Of a DNA stretch of 64,000 nucleotides, positions 34,480 through 46,335 are shown in pieces. The notes beneath the pieces were generated by a model. It did not search any database. It had not been told where the DNA came from and saw nothing but the letters and a program-made list of their open reading frames with translations. The translations under genes and the position numbers were made by a program. Source of the stretch: Alloascoidea hylecoeti (lineage: Eukaryota); the NCBI GenBank assembly GCA_001600815.1, contig BCKZ01000023.1:186001-250000 (forward strand), written 5' to 3'. Every line of letters begins with the position of its first letter. Positions within the stretch are counted from its first letter, which is position 1.

Positions 34480-35000
34480 ATGATGAGGAAGTGCAGGTTC
34501 TTTATTATAAGACAGATACACCAGTCAAAGCTCTACCTACTTCCAGATTACTTCTACCAGATAACACAGAAAAATCACAGCTCTTTGTGATACAGGTTCT
34601 GAGATTTCTCTAATTTCCAAACTTATTTTCAACACAATTGCATACTTCAATATTGAAAATACAGGCATGATTACAGTGTGTAAAGAGAACTTTTGAAAAG
34701 AATAATATCGCCATAGACCTCATCTACGACGATCAAGGTCTAAGCTACCAGCACAAATTTTTAATTGATCCAACAAGGAAACAACAGGATCTTTTTGGCT
34801 GGGATTTGTTTAAAGAAAATAATTTATCCGTACCTATTGAGTCCAGTAAATCAATTGTCAAACTGAATGAACTGCTGTGGTCCTTTAAACCGGGACGAAT
34901 TTCATTACCACCCCATTCTGAATATGATTACAAATTCCAGTTAACTGACAACTTTGAAACATTAAAACATCGTCCGTTAATCAAATTGAATAAAATACAA
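34480..35000 (+). mobile_element. Ty3/gypsy pol remnant (aspartic protease and protease-RT linker)
   Basis: ITALCDTGSEISLIS (DTG at 34589-34597), then LPPHSEYDYKFQL..RPLIKLN (cf. LPPxRxxDHxIxL); frameshifted and truncated before RT. Confidence 0.75.
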
Positions 35001-35369
35001 TTACAATATGAATTTCATTAATTTGATATTGATAATTGTTTAGGAGAAAGAAAACTGTACTAGTTAATTATACATTATAATGTTTGCAATTTACTAAATT
35101 TATAGTACGGTTATGATTGGAATTTTTTAGATGTTATGGAAAAAAAAGAAAAGGAGTGAAAACGGTATAAGATGTCACTCAGGTAGATATGGTAAGTAAA
35201 CGAATGGTTTTTGATGGGAGGGATTGAGCACTTAATAGCTAAGAAATACATAATGATCAAATTTAAAGATGAGTGAGTCAATATCCATGGCACTCGTCAT
35301 AGGTATCTTTGTTTGTAAAGATTTTTTTATTCATGATTCTCTGGTTGTTAACGTTAGGTATTCCAAATA

Positions 35370-35930
35370 AATTGGAGAAACACAGGATCAATGAACTTTA
35401 TAAAGTGTATACAAATTAAATTTTAGAAAAATTTCTTATCATAAGGAGTTTCAATCAAAAAAAAAAAAAAATATAGCACTTGAACGGTTTATTGAATAAA
35501 TTCATACGACTAAAACTAGGACAGATGATCACAAGTTTAATCATTGTGAAATAAAGAAAATGATATTCAAAACAATAATGGGAAAAGTTATAACGATAAC
35601 TTTGGAAGAATTGATGTCCTAAAATACAGAATCGTACATTCACTAAAGAGTTGAGTGTGTCATACACATATCCGAAATTATTTGGATATATGAGTACAAA
35701 AAAGATTTATTGATATCGGTATACATTTAGAACAATCTAAATAACAGGACAAATGAATGGTAAATTGGTATAAAAAAGACATTTTAATATTAATCACGGC
35801 CACAAACCTTGATTTTTCTATCAGATAATTATATATAAATAAATAATAACCTCAACAATTACATTAAATAGTCATAAATTAAATGGTTAACGTTTATAAT
35901 AAAATATTAATAGGTAAAAAAAAGTATAAG
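35370..35930 (+). repeat. Diverged direct repeat, copy 2
   Basis: Same collinear blocks as 30090-30635, ending in the identical 34-mer at ~35893-35926. Confidence 0.75.
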
Positions 35931-35989
35931 GCTGGATATACAGTAACCGTATAACTGAGAACAAGAGTAGTGTTGCACTCCTGGGCACT

Positions 35990-36100
35990 AAGTATCGGTT
36001 TGATGATGATACTTGTAAGCCTGATCATAGGTAGCTGCCATCGTTTGAGTTATGAAATTTGTTGTGCATCCAGAATCAAGCAAGCAGTACTATACCTCTC
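35990..36100 (-). mobile_element. Retrotransposon aspartic protease fragment
   Basis: Minus-strand YCLLDSGCTTNFITQTMA matches the LLDSGxTxNFI gypsy-type protease motif. Confidence 0.55.
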
Positions 36101-36392
36101 TCTAACAAAAAATTCTGAGATATTTCACGATATGACATGATGATTTCTTTATGAATACTTAAGATCTAGACTTAATACTTGTCTTTTATAAAGGGAAATG
36201 ATTTCAGGTTGAAATTTAAGAATTAGTTAACAAATTTATGAATATATAAATTGAGTTTTCTATCTTTATTTGAAAGATGACATTTTTATTAAGTAAACTA
36301 ATATTCATTTAAACTCTGAGATATGGCAAAGTGAATAACAACCTGCACCATAAGAAACACAAAAACGAAACAATTTTTAATATTTAACAAAA

Positions 36393-36754
36393 TTATTTAA
36401 TGTTTATATTGGTATTAGTGATTAGTTTATTAAATAAGTTGAACATGAATATATTTTGTTCATCGATTACGGTTGTTACTGCGCCAGAGTCAAGAATATA
36501 TTCTTGTTCAACTTTAGAATTATCATGGAACAAAACATCCATATATAATAACAGGTCATTTTGTATTTTTATCCTCAAATTTTTTTTACTACTATTTTCA
36601 AGATAATACTTTTTTTCTTTACATAAATATTTTAAATGATCTTGACTTCCACAAATATCACATCTAGAATATCTATGATAGCAATGTTCAGTTGTATGTC
36701 CTCGTTTTCCATATTTGGTACATTGGAAACGACTTCTACGACCTTGGCCACCAG

Positions 36755-36815
<61 letters not shown>

Positions 36816-36960
36816 TTAATTAAAAACTCCAAGAACAACTTCTTTTTCTTGTATAGTGAAACCATTCTTGCGACTATTTCTTTTTCAATGTGAACAGGTT
36901 GATATAACGATCCTTTGCGAATCTGCTCATATTCGCCATAAATTTTAAGAATAGGTAGGA
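36393..36960 (-). mobile_element. Ty1/copia-type gag-protease remnant
   Basis: Two CCHC knuckles (CTKYGKRGHTTEHC with C>Y; CDICGSQDHLKYLC) followed, after a frameshift, by YILDSGAVTTV protease motif; contains an (AAT)n expansion at 36758-36815. Confidence 0.7.
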
Positions 36961-37416
36961 TCATAGTACAATTTCGGAAAGCCTCCTCACACTTGAATCA
37001 ACTTCAGAAGATGGTTCACTCAAGTTTTCCAATAGATTGAGTGCTCTGGGTGGCTCTGGCACATATATGAATTAGCGCCATTAGCACTCAAATGTATGGA
37101 ACTGATAAGCAACCATATAATTATAAATCGAATATTCTACTATAAAATCGGCCAACTACTTCATATTTTGTTTATTAACCTGTTTAGTGAGCTCTCCATA
37201 TGCAACATATGTATTTTCAATCCGTTTAGTTGTCTCCATTACTGAGCTTCTTCAAGACTTCTGATAAAGCAAATAGTTCTATTATACCTGCTTTTTCGAA
37301 ACCAGCAAGTATTTTTTGGAGGTCAGTCCATGCATAACCAGTTCATCTGCTAAGTCGTCTATACCGTTAGTTATACCTTATCGAGTTAATAGTTTTTAAT
37401 ATGCGTACATATCATG

Positions 37417-37730
37417 TTACTGTTTTATAAAACCAATCAATATTTCATTTTCATCAACAGCACCAAAAAAAGAGTTGAAAATACCTCTTTCATAATTCAA
37501 ACAATCGGATAAGGAAACTTTATTTGCCATATTATTATATTGTTTGTTTTGGTTTTCTAAAATACTATTTGCATTACGCGAAGCTATTTCTGTTGCCAAT
37601 TTAACAGCTTTATTAACTACTTGATCAACAGGATATACATTTGAAAATAATTCCTAAATTTTCGCTTGTTCTGCATTAAATCAAATCTACGATCATTTAA
37701 GATATATTCTATTGCTCTTGATTTCCCCAA
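37417..37730 (-). pseudogene. Enoyl-CoA hydratase pseudogene fragment (inverted duplicate of ~59810-60142)
   Basis: GKSRAIE, NAEQAK, NVYPVD, AVKLATEIAS, YERGIFNSFFGAVD match the 59798-60142 ORF; has stops. Confidence 0.8.
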
Positions 37731-37808
37731 GTTATATTGTAGATCCAATATAGATCATGATATACTCGGTTCCGGATTAAAGTTGCCTAAGCTTTAATTT
37801 TTTGATAC

Positions 37809-38400
37809 CACTACTCCAAAAGAGAAAATGACAACATTATAACCACCAATCGAATATTCCAAAAGGCTTTAAACTGTTCTTATAGTAGTATATATAATGT
37901 TCTGTAAATTCTAATAGATACTTTTAGTGTATATAAAATGTCATTTCAAATTTATTTGGTATTGGCGCCCTTAACTTGATGAACGTTTTGAGGAGGTTCC
38001 GAACAAATCAGCTTAAGCTTCAGACCAAATGAAAAAGACACTCTAATACCTCTCTCCCCTTCTCACGAAGCCTATTATACTTCGTGATTCCAGGTTCATG
38101 GATAGGTATGTGATTCTGCTTGAATATGAGGCACTCAAGCTTCCCTATACCCTAAATAATTTTTTGATTGAAACGTAGTAGAACATATAGGTGTACTTTT
38201 CCAGATCTGAATCATATAAAGATTGAACATTTATCACTACGTATATATTCAACATCATTAATATTACAAATTAGACGTCCTGATATAACTTCTAGTCTTA
38301 CCTATATCCTCTCTCAGAATAAGATTAACTGTCATATCAGCAAGTTCTGTGTACCCTCTAGTTCAGGGATGTGTTACACAGTGGACTACACAGGTTAAGG
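37809..38400 (-). mobile_element. Decayed Tc1-like copy C (internally deleted)
   Basis: Reverse complement has RSDKCSI and CAGATCTGGAAA..AATCAAAAAATTATTTA matching 46875-46990; 3' end matches 29768-29926 and 47500-47604; end sequence CACTACTCCAAAA at 37809. Confidence 0.7.
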
Positions 38401-38744
38401 ATTAATATTAAGCCCTTCCTCCGGATCCTATTTCACCAATTGAGAAGTCATGTTTACTCAAATTTAATATCGCAATTCACTTGACTGGTTTCAATTTCTT
38501 TTCAGGATTACAACTACGTGAAATACAACAATATATTATATATAGTGATTCCCAACATATGATCCAACAGTTTTTACCCATATCAGAAATCTCTTCATGG
38601 TTGTAAATTGTAATTTCAAGATAACCTGGGAAATCAATTGAGTATCTAACTTTAAACCAAGCTTCTTCTTATAGGTCCTCCAGAGATCTTCTTCCGTTTT
38701 TCTGACGTCTTCTTAAAAATATTTAAAAAAATAAAAAAGAAAGA

Positions 38745-38816
38745 CTCCGATACGGGGAATCGAACCCCGAACTGCCCGGTGAAAGCGGACCGTGCTAGCC
38801 GTTACACTATATCGGA
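38745..38816 (-). tRNA. tRNA-Glu, anticodon TTC
   Basis: Reverse complement TCCGATATAGTGTAACGGCTAGCACGGTCCGCTTTCACCGGGCAGTTCGGGGTTCGATTCCCCGTATCGGAG followed by a T tract. Confidence 0.97.
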
Positions 38817-40262
38817 ATTTCACGGAGGTTTGAAAACCATTCTAAAGGCCGATAATTCAGAAGAGAGACATGATCCTCTTCCCAAACTCGTTCCACATAG
38901 TCATACTTACATATATCCGATTACCCATAACAATAGTATAGATATACTGGGATATCTCTAATATCCAGACCTCATTCCGCTGTTTCCGAGACTACAGCAA
39001 TTTTTCCTGTCCAAATCAATTCTGTGATACAAAGTTTAATTTGCAACTGTAATAAACATGGAATATTGTTTGCAAATTGTAATTGTAATTGCAATTAGCA
39101 TATGAATTTTTTAGTAAATATCGATCGCTGAAGATTACCATTAATTGATCAATTATATTATAATTTACTTTGAAAGCTCATGATTCCAATTGTATAGGAT
39201 CGGATCCTATGTTGTTAATAAATTCCGTAAATCCTATATAGTATATCGGATATCAGCATCATTCTGTATTCTGCCTGACATGTAAGGATAACAAGAAACC
39301 CCACTCCACTAAATGAAACAATATTGCAAACCATAAAACAATAAAAGAGCGTTAGTGTTTTATCTCCATTATAATTATGCGATTTTGTTTAGTTTTTGTT
39401 TAATAATTATAACATATGCATATAAAACAAACTAATTGATAATTATAATAAGGTAATTTTTAATTGGTTAACTTGTAGCCTCCATCAACTATAATTGTAG
39501 ATAAGAAATAAAGAACAAATATAAAGATAAATCTTTAAAATGTAAAAGCAATCATGATCATTCACAATTAACGTATATCAATTAATTTTTTAAAATAAGA
39601 GTCACAATTATACTAGGTATATAATGTAATACATCAATATAATTCGAATAATAAGATCGATCATATAATGATTCTCTGGAGATCATCATTATCAACTACA
39701 ATTTCAATTGAATTGAACCTTTTTCAAATTTGCTCATCTTGATCTGCAATCATAATAAACATCAAACAATTTAATAAAACAAAATATATACTTTAAAACT
39801 AATATTATATTACAGATAATCTTAAGCTTCTTTCCAATGTAAAAGTAAAAAGTGAAAAAGTAAAAACAAAATAAAAAATAAATAAAATAAAATAAAATAA
39901 AATAAAATAAAATAAAATAAAATAAAAACATTAAACATATCATACATTATGATATGATATTCTTTAAAAAATCCATAATTATAAAGGTAAGTTTAGTAAA
40001 GTATACTTTCTTTCATGAAATAAAAAAAAATGAAGTAAAATTAAAACCAAAAGAGAAAAAANATAAAAAAAAAAAAAGATTAAAAATTATTAAAACATAA
40101 ACATAATAATTTATATGAACATAAAACAGACATCATCAATAATGCATCCCAAAAAAAAAAAAAAAAAAGGTCCCTTCTTTTCTTATCTTTTCAAAAAAAA
40201 TATAGCAGTAATTAGTAAATATAATGTACAAAATTAAATAAATCTTTATAATATTGGTAGGT

Positions 40263-40835
40263 TTAAAAAAAATTGTGTTTTGGTTTCCTGAATAAATATC
40301 TAATACTTTGTCTTCTTGATTTTGAGGAAGATATTATACTTTTAGGTTTTGGTGATGTAGTTGAAGAAGAATTTGAAGAATTTGAAATTGTATTTTGAAT
40401 ATAGTTTATTGAAGGTGGAGGAGAAAAATTAACATCAAATGATGAATTGTTTGATGATGAAAAATTAGTTTGTGATGAACTTTGTGTATATAAAATTTGT
40501 TGTAAATCTGATACAAATTGACTATATCTTCTTGGATTTCCATCAACAGATGATGGATTTAAAGGAATTTTTGAATTTAAATTAACATTTGGATGTGAAT
40601 TTATATTTGAATTTGGTAATGGTGGTCTCCTTGTTGGTTTTATTATATTATTTGTTTGATTATTATTATGAGATAATATAGATGAACATGAAGATGATGA
40701 AGAATTAGATTTAACAGAAAATGATTCAACATCAGATTCCGATTGATTTTGAACTTGAGTACGATTTCGTTGTCTTTCTTTTGCAAGTTGTAATCTCCAT
40801 GAATGTGTATAGGGATGTTTTGAAGTTGAAGTCAT
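40263..40835 (-). CDS. Hypothetical S/N/P-rich low-complexity protein (190 aa)
   Basis: ORF with AAAA-ATG context and host-like AT-rich codons; no recognisable domain. Confidence 0.55.
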   Translation of the reverse strand: MTSTSKHPYTHSWRLQLAKERQRNRTQVQNQSESDVESFSVKSNSSSSSCSSILSHNNNQTNNIIKPTRRPPLPNSNINSHPNVNLNSKIPLNPSSVDGNPRRYSQFVSDLQQILYTQSSSQTNFSSSNNSSFDVNFSPPPSINYIQNTISNSSNSSSTTSPKPKSIISSSKSRRQSIRYLFRKPKHNFF

Positions 40836-41085
40836 TTTTTTCTCATGTAGATGTGAAAGGGAGAAAATAGGAGGAAATTTTTGGAGGGGCGCGTCGGTTA
40901 TTTAAGTGATTTTGACATACATTCTCATACACAAATTTTGACTTTTTTTTTTTTTTTTTCTTTGTTTTTTTAATTTTAGAATTTTAAAGATAAAGTAACG
41001 TACGTATATTTAAATAAAATATTTAAATTTTAGAATTTTAGAATTTTAAAATCCACAATTTCTTCATTTTTATATTATAAAAAAA

Positions 41086-42648
41086 TTATGGAGATAACTG
41101 TTTAAATTTTAACCAAGATGCTTCACCATAAATTTTAGTTGTATACATATCACAAGCCTTCATATTTTTTTCGTAATCATAATTATCCATTAATTCTGAA
41201 GAAAAACGACTATAAATAGTAGCTAACCCCAGCTTGATTTCTTCTTTTGCTAAGTGCATTCCGAGACACATTTTAATCCCAGCCCCAAACACCATCATGT
41301 GCTTGGTCATGTTTTTCAGTTTTTCAGAATCAGGGGTTAACAACCATCTTTCAGGTTTAAAAGTTTCTGGATCTGGGAAAACTAAAGGATCTCTATGTAA
41401 AGAATGTGGTTGCATTGATACTATTGTACCTGATGGTATAACAATATTTTTACCAGTTTTTTTATCAAACCAAAGAAATTGATCATTTCTACTTGAATTT
41501 TTGGGAACAATTCTTGGTTCGGAACCTGGGATTGCAGAACAAAGTCTTAATGTTTCTTGTACAACTGCTTGTAAATAAGGTAATTTATCAATTTCATTAT
41601 ATGAAGCAGGTGGTTTAAAATCATTTAAAGATTGTTTACCATAATTTTCAATTAATTCATTCTGTAATTTTATTTGAATATGACGATATTTTGGTGTTGA
41701 TAGGATATAAGTTAATAAAGCCATTGTAATTCCAGTTGTTTCATGTCCAGCAGCAACGTGATCAGATAATTCAGAAGCAGCTGATAGACCAGTGATGCCG
41801 TTTGAATATAATATTTCAAGAATTGTTGGATATTCATCAAGATTTTTTGATTCAATTTTACTACCACTTTCTAAATTTAAATCATCAGCAGTTTTAAGTA
41901 CAAGATCAAGTAACCATTTTCTAGCTCTTTTACTTGATTTTTTAATATCATTTGAAGCAGCCAAGTTCCAAAATTTTGGAAAATATATTGTCCAAAACCA
42001 CATTGAAAATTGTTTTCTATAATCATGTAAAATCCATCTTGAATTAAGATTTTCAATTGTATTTGAACCATTTTTTTTACCTAATTCAAATGCAGTTATT
42101 ATATCTAATGCCATTGCACTAAATAATTCAAAAACGTCAATTTGTTTTGAATTTTTTAAAATAGATTGATTATAGATAAATTCACCAACTTTTGAGATTT
42201 TTTCAACTACCATTGATTCAACTTCTTTTGAAGCAACAACTGAATTTGAATATGGTTTTGATAATATTTTTCTTCTTAATTGATGATTTTTTTTATCTAA
42301 TATTGAAAAGCCATTCTTACAACCATAATTGCCAAAATTTCCATAAAACCAGCTCTTATCAAAATTTCCGGTAACATAAATTTTTTTAATATAATCAACA
42401 TCATTAATTGATATTTCGTTTGGACCAATTCTAATTATTGGGCCGTATTTTTCGTGTAATTTGTGGGTGATTGAGTTTCTCTTTTCATTCCATGATTGAT
42501 AGTAAATCCAAAAGTTTGTCAATGAAGCTAATTTTGGCCCAGGGATTTTTGATAAAGGGTGCAAATACAAAGGGTAAATTATAAAATGGTATAAAAACAG
42601 AGATGAGGCAAAAATCAACAGTATGAAGATGGACATATTAAAAGCCAT
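41086..42648 (-). CDS. Cytochrome P450
   Basis: N-terminal membrane anchor, PGP, GPIIRIGPNEISI, AAGHETT, ETLR, PERW, heme motif FGAGIKMCLG. Confidence 0.95.
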   Translation of the reverse strand: MAFNMSIFILLIFASSLFLYHFIIYPLYLHPLSKIPGPKLASLTNFWIYYQSWNEKRNSITHKLHEKYGPIIRIGPNEISINDVDYIKKIYVTGNFDKSWFYGNFGNYGCKNGFSILDKKNHQLRRKILSKPYSNSVVASKEVESMVVEKISKVGEFIYNQSILKNSKQIDVFELFSAMALDIITAFELGKKNGSNTIENLNSRWILHDYRKQFSMWFWTIYFPKFWNLAASNDIKKSSKRARKWLLDLVLKTADDLNLESGSKIESKNLDEYPTILEILYSNGITGLSAASELSDHVAAGHETTGITMALLTYILSTPKYRHIQIKLQNELIENYGKQSLNDFKPPASYNEIDKLPYLQAVVQETLRLCSAIPGSEPRIVPKNSSRNDQFLWFDKKTGKNIVIPSGTIVSMQPHSLHRDPLVFPDPETFKPERWLLTPDSEKLKNMTKHMMVFGAGIKMCLGMHLAKEEIKLGLATIYSRFSSELMDNYDYEKNMKACDMYTTKIYGEASWLKFKQLSP

Positions 42649-42818
42649 GAAGATGAAGAGCTCTTGATGGCAAGAAGAATACGGCTCGACAAATGGGAGT
42701 ATTTATAATAAAAATAAATAAAAATAAAAATAATAACCATTTTCCAGTCAGCCAGATAACGATTATAAGCTAGCCGATAAATAATTATAATAATCGAAAA
42801 TGGAAGCTGAAAGCGCCC

Positions 42819-42855
42819 GTCACGTGGCGGTCATGTGAGCAGTTGGGTCACGTGC
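42819..42855. promoter_or_regulatory. Cluster of bHLH E-box sites (GTCACGTG x2, GTCATGTG) in the CYP/VCX1 divergent promoter
   Basis: gtcacgtggcggtcatgtgagcagttgggtcacgtg; Cbf1/Pho4-class motif, binding factor is inferred. Confidence 0.5.
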
Positions 42856-43024
42856 GGTGATTAGTAAGCCTTGCGTCTGTCTGCGTTCGCCTGCGTTCGC
42901 CTGCGTCCCGCCTGCAGCACAATGCATGCCGAAAAGATGGCTGTGGAGAGTAAACAAATAAATAAAGACAAAGAATCCTTCGACTCCCCGCCACTTCTGT
43001 CTGTCACTTCTCGCCAACAGAAAC

Positions 43025-44188
43025 ATGCCGGAAAACGACCCCCTTTTAGGTTCCCCTCCCTCGTCTCACAAATCCCTCCTCGCATCCCTGAAGACGATCC
43101 TCAACGTCATCGTCTTTTCCTCCTACATCAATGTGCTGCTTGTCTTCGTCCCCCTCGGCATCGTAGCCGGCGTCCTGGAGTGGCCGGCCGTTTGGACCTT
43201 CTCCCTCAACTTCATCGCAATCGTCCCGTTGGCCGGTCTGCTGGCGACCGCAACTGAAGAGATTGCCGTCCGCGTGGGCGAAACTCTGGGAGGCCTGCTC
43301 AATGCCACTTTTGGCAACGCTGTTGAATTAATCGTCGCCATAGTCGCCCTAAGAGCCGGTGAGGTGAAAATCGTCCAAGCGTCCATGCTTGGCTCAATTC
43401 TCTCAAACCTTCTGCTTGTNCTTGGCTGTTGTTTTGTGGCTGGTGGCTATAACAGGCTCCAGCAATCCTTCAATCAAACGGTTGCCCAAACAATGTCTTC
43501 GTTAATGGCTGTTTCCACGAGTTCTTTACTTATTCCTGCCGCATTCCATGCAAGTGTACCAGATTCAACAAGTAACGAAAAACATCTGTTAGCTGTTTCC
43601 AGATGTGCATCGGTTGTGTTGTTGGTAATTTATGGTCTCTATTTATATTTTCAATTGAAAACCCATGCTTCATTATTTGCTTCTGAACAAGAACAGGAAG
43701 AACCTGAAGAATCAAATTTATCAACATTACAGGCTTTAACCGTTTTGTTAGTTGTCACTATATTTGTTGCTGTTTGTGCAGAATATTTAGTCGATGCTAT
43801 TAATCCATTAGTTGAATCATCTGGACTTTCAAAAACTTTTATTGGTTTAATTTTAATTCCAATTGTGGGTAATGCAGCTGAACATGTAACTGCTGTTATA
43901 GTTGCAATGAAAAACAAAATGGATCTTGCAATTGGTGTTGCTGTTGGCTCATCAATGCAAATTGCATTATTTTTAACTCCTTTCTTGGTTATATTAGGTT
44001 GGATCATTAATGTTCCAATGTCTCTTTATTTTTCAACTTTTGAAACGGCTGTTTTATTTGTATCTGTTTTCATTACAAATTATTTAATTTTAGATGGTGA
44101 AAGCAATTGGCTTGAAGGTGCTATGTTATTGGGTACTTATATAATTATTGCAATTTCTTTTTATTTTTATCCAAATGATAATTTGTAA
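43025..44188 (+). CDS. VCX1: Vacuolar Ca2+/H+ exchanger
   Basis: [70 protein letters not shown]. Confidence 0.95.
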   Translation: MPENDPLLGSPPSSHKSLLASLKTILNVIVFSSYINVLLVFVPLGIVAGVLEWPAVWTFSLNFIAIVPLAGLLATATEEIAVRVGETLGGLLNATFGNAVELIVAIVALRAGEVKIVQASMLGSILSNLLLXLGCCFVAGGYNRLQQSFNQTVAQTMSSLMAVSTSSLLIPAAFHASVPDSTSNEKHLLAVSRCASVVLLVIYGLYLYFQLKTHASLFASEQEQEEPEESNLSTLQALTVLLVVTIFVAVCAEYLVDAINPLVESSGLSKTFIGLILIPIVGNAAEHVTAVIVAMKNKMDLAIGVAVGSSMQIALFLTPFLVILGWIINVPMSLYFSTFETAVLFVSVFITNYLILDGESNWLEGAMLLGTYIIIAISFYFYPNDNL

Positions 44189-46335
44189 AGAACCCTAACA
44201 AATATAATACATATATGCATTAACTATAAATTATAATCTATTTAAACTTATAGTATAATATACCACAACTTTTTAAAAACTGAAAATTGNAGAATTAAGA
44301 ATAAAGAATAAATAAGTCAAAACTTTGAATTTTCAAATTTAAATATATATAAAAATAAAAAAAAGTTTTTGAACTTTGAATTTTCAATTCAATTTGTTGT
44401 TGTTGTATTGTTCAACTGTCGTATAGGCCTGCATACAATATCATTATTTTTTATCAACCAACCTCCCAATCTTAATACACTTGAATTTGAATTTAAATTT
44501 GAATTTGAACTTGCAATTGAAATTGAAATTTGAAATCGAAATTGAAATTGAAATTGAAAAACTACCTATCGTATTTACTTTTAATCATTAATATCAGGCG
44601 TAAACCACTATAATAAAGTCCAATTGAAACTTTTAATTTCCAATATTTCTGATTATCCTATCATATCCAATTAATGATAAAATTTATCAATAACAATATT
44701 AATTTCAATTTTTACAATTACGATTACGATTACAATTTACAATTGACTTTTATAACCATCTATTTATAGAAAGATTAATAGCTAGTATGCATCTATCATC
44801 AAATCTCATACCAACTATTATATAAAGAAAACAAGGATAATGACATAAATTTATATGTAACAATTTTCTATAGCTATAATAGTATAATTAAGTATATAAT
44901 TAAATATCCTCAACGTTAAAATGTATTACCCAAAAAGATAAAACTATTATTCTAAATCTATTCTAATGATTGAACTACAGAATTTGGTAAGGATATGGAC
45001 GTGGGGCCGGATATCTATGACTCACGTGCATGAGGGCATGACGAGTTAACAACTATTTATAATACATAAAAAATTAATATTATCATTATGTAACAAGACA
45101 TCCACACACCCCTTTCTGGATCAAACAGCCTAATTTCGTATTAAAATGGACTATAATTCTATCAAGCTCGTCAACAATTTCCCAAAATTGTTATCATTAG
45201 TGGGCACCCCACTTTAACTATTGAATAAATGGNTATTTAAACGTAACGCTGTATGTACTCTTATGCATGTCGTATAAATTAGTTAGCGGGTGATATTTGT
45301 ATGTTAAAGGCTTATATTTATTTAAGATATATAAAATTAAACTTGTTTATGCATGTTCCCCATTAGATACGGTATTATATGAATTTTGAAAGAATTATAT
45401 TTTTATTATTTTCAATTAATAAATTTTAATTCTAAGATTTTATTTTTTTCATTAATATTTTTCTTATTTTGAGAGATGTAATTCTATAATTGGATGTTTA
45501 ACAATTGAGTGAAAAGGGTTGTTAGTTTAATGATTATTTGGTAAATCTTGGAATACATAACTAAATAAAAGTGTTTAAGGATATAGTTAGAAGTTTATAA
45601 TTGAAGAATAACTCCTATTAGAGAAAGAAAGAACTATATAAAATAAGATAAATAATACTATAATTTCAATGTGTGCTTAAAGATACTTAAATCAGAGAAA
45701 CTTATAAGTTCATTTATAAAAACTACTTATATAATTGGAAATAGTATTTGTTATATTCATAAAGAGTACACTAGATAATAACAAATTAACTTTAAATTTG
45801 TATGTAAATAAATATTGTTAAGATGTTTTTGTAATTTAAGCGCTGTTAAATGGGTATGATATATATTATGACACAAGTTAGAAAATCATTATAATTATAA
45901 AAATACTTCTTAAATTAAAATTATCATTTTTAAAAGTTTTTGATCTATTTTATAGGAAATGTTAGACAATTTCAATTGCATACTTGCTTATAATTATTCC
46001 ATTAAACTGTTATAAATTGTGTTGTTTAATTTTAGGATATGATGGTTTGTTCTATTTCATAAATCTAAAGTGAATAATTCATTTCTGTGCATTGTGTTAT
46101 TTCAAACACTAATATTCACAGTCAAATATACTTTGAAATTGCAATTGATTCCTTGGCTGACTATGGAGCGTTTCTTAAGATATATCAATTTCTTTTACTA
46201 GTAAGACTCATTCATTGAACATACTGTACAAGTGATATACCGGTATGTTTATACCAGTTCCAGAAACTAACCATATGGTATTTAATGCTTCAATTGGGTA
46301 TTTTTATTAGTATCCAGATATCCTGTCGCTGTATA

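Noticed and set aside
36632..36964. Poly-Ile ORFs on both strands
   Set aside because: Artefacts of the (ATT)n microsatellite; the informative frame is the poly-Asn/zinc-knuckle gag frame.
45010..45035. TCACGTG as CDEI of a point centromere
   Set aside because: No CDEII/CDEIII arrangement follows, and the intron-rich gene style argues against Saccharomycetaceae.
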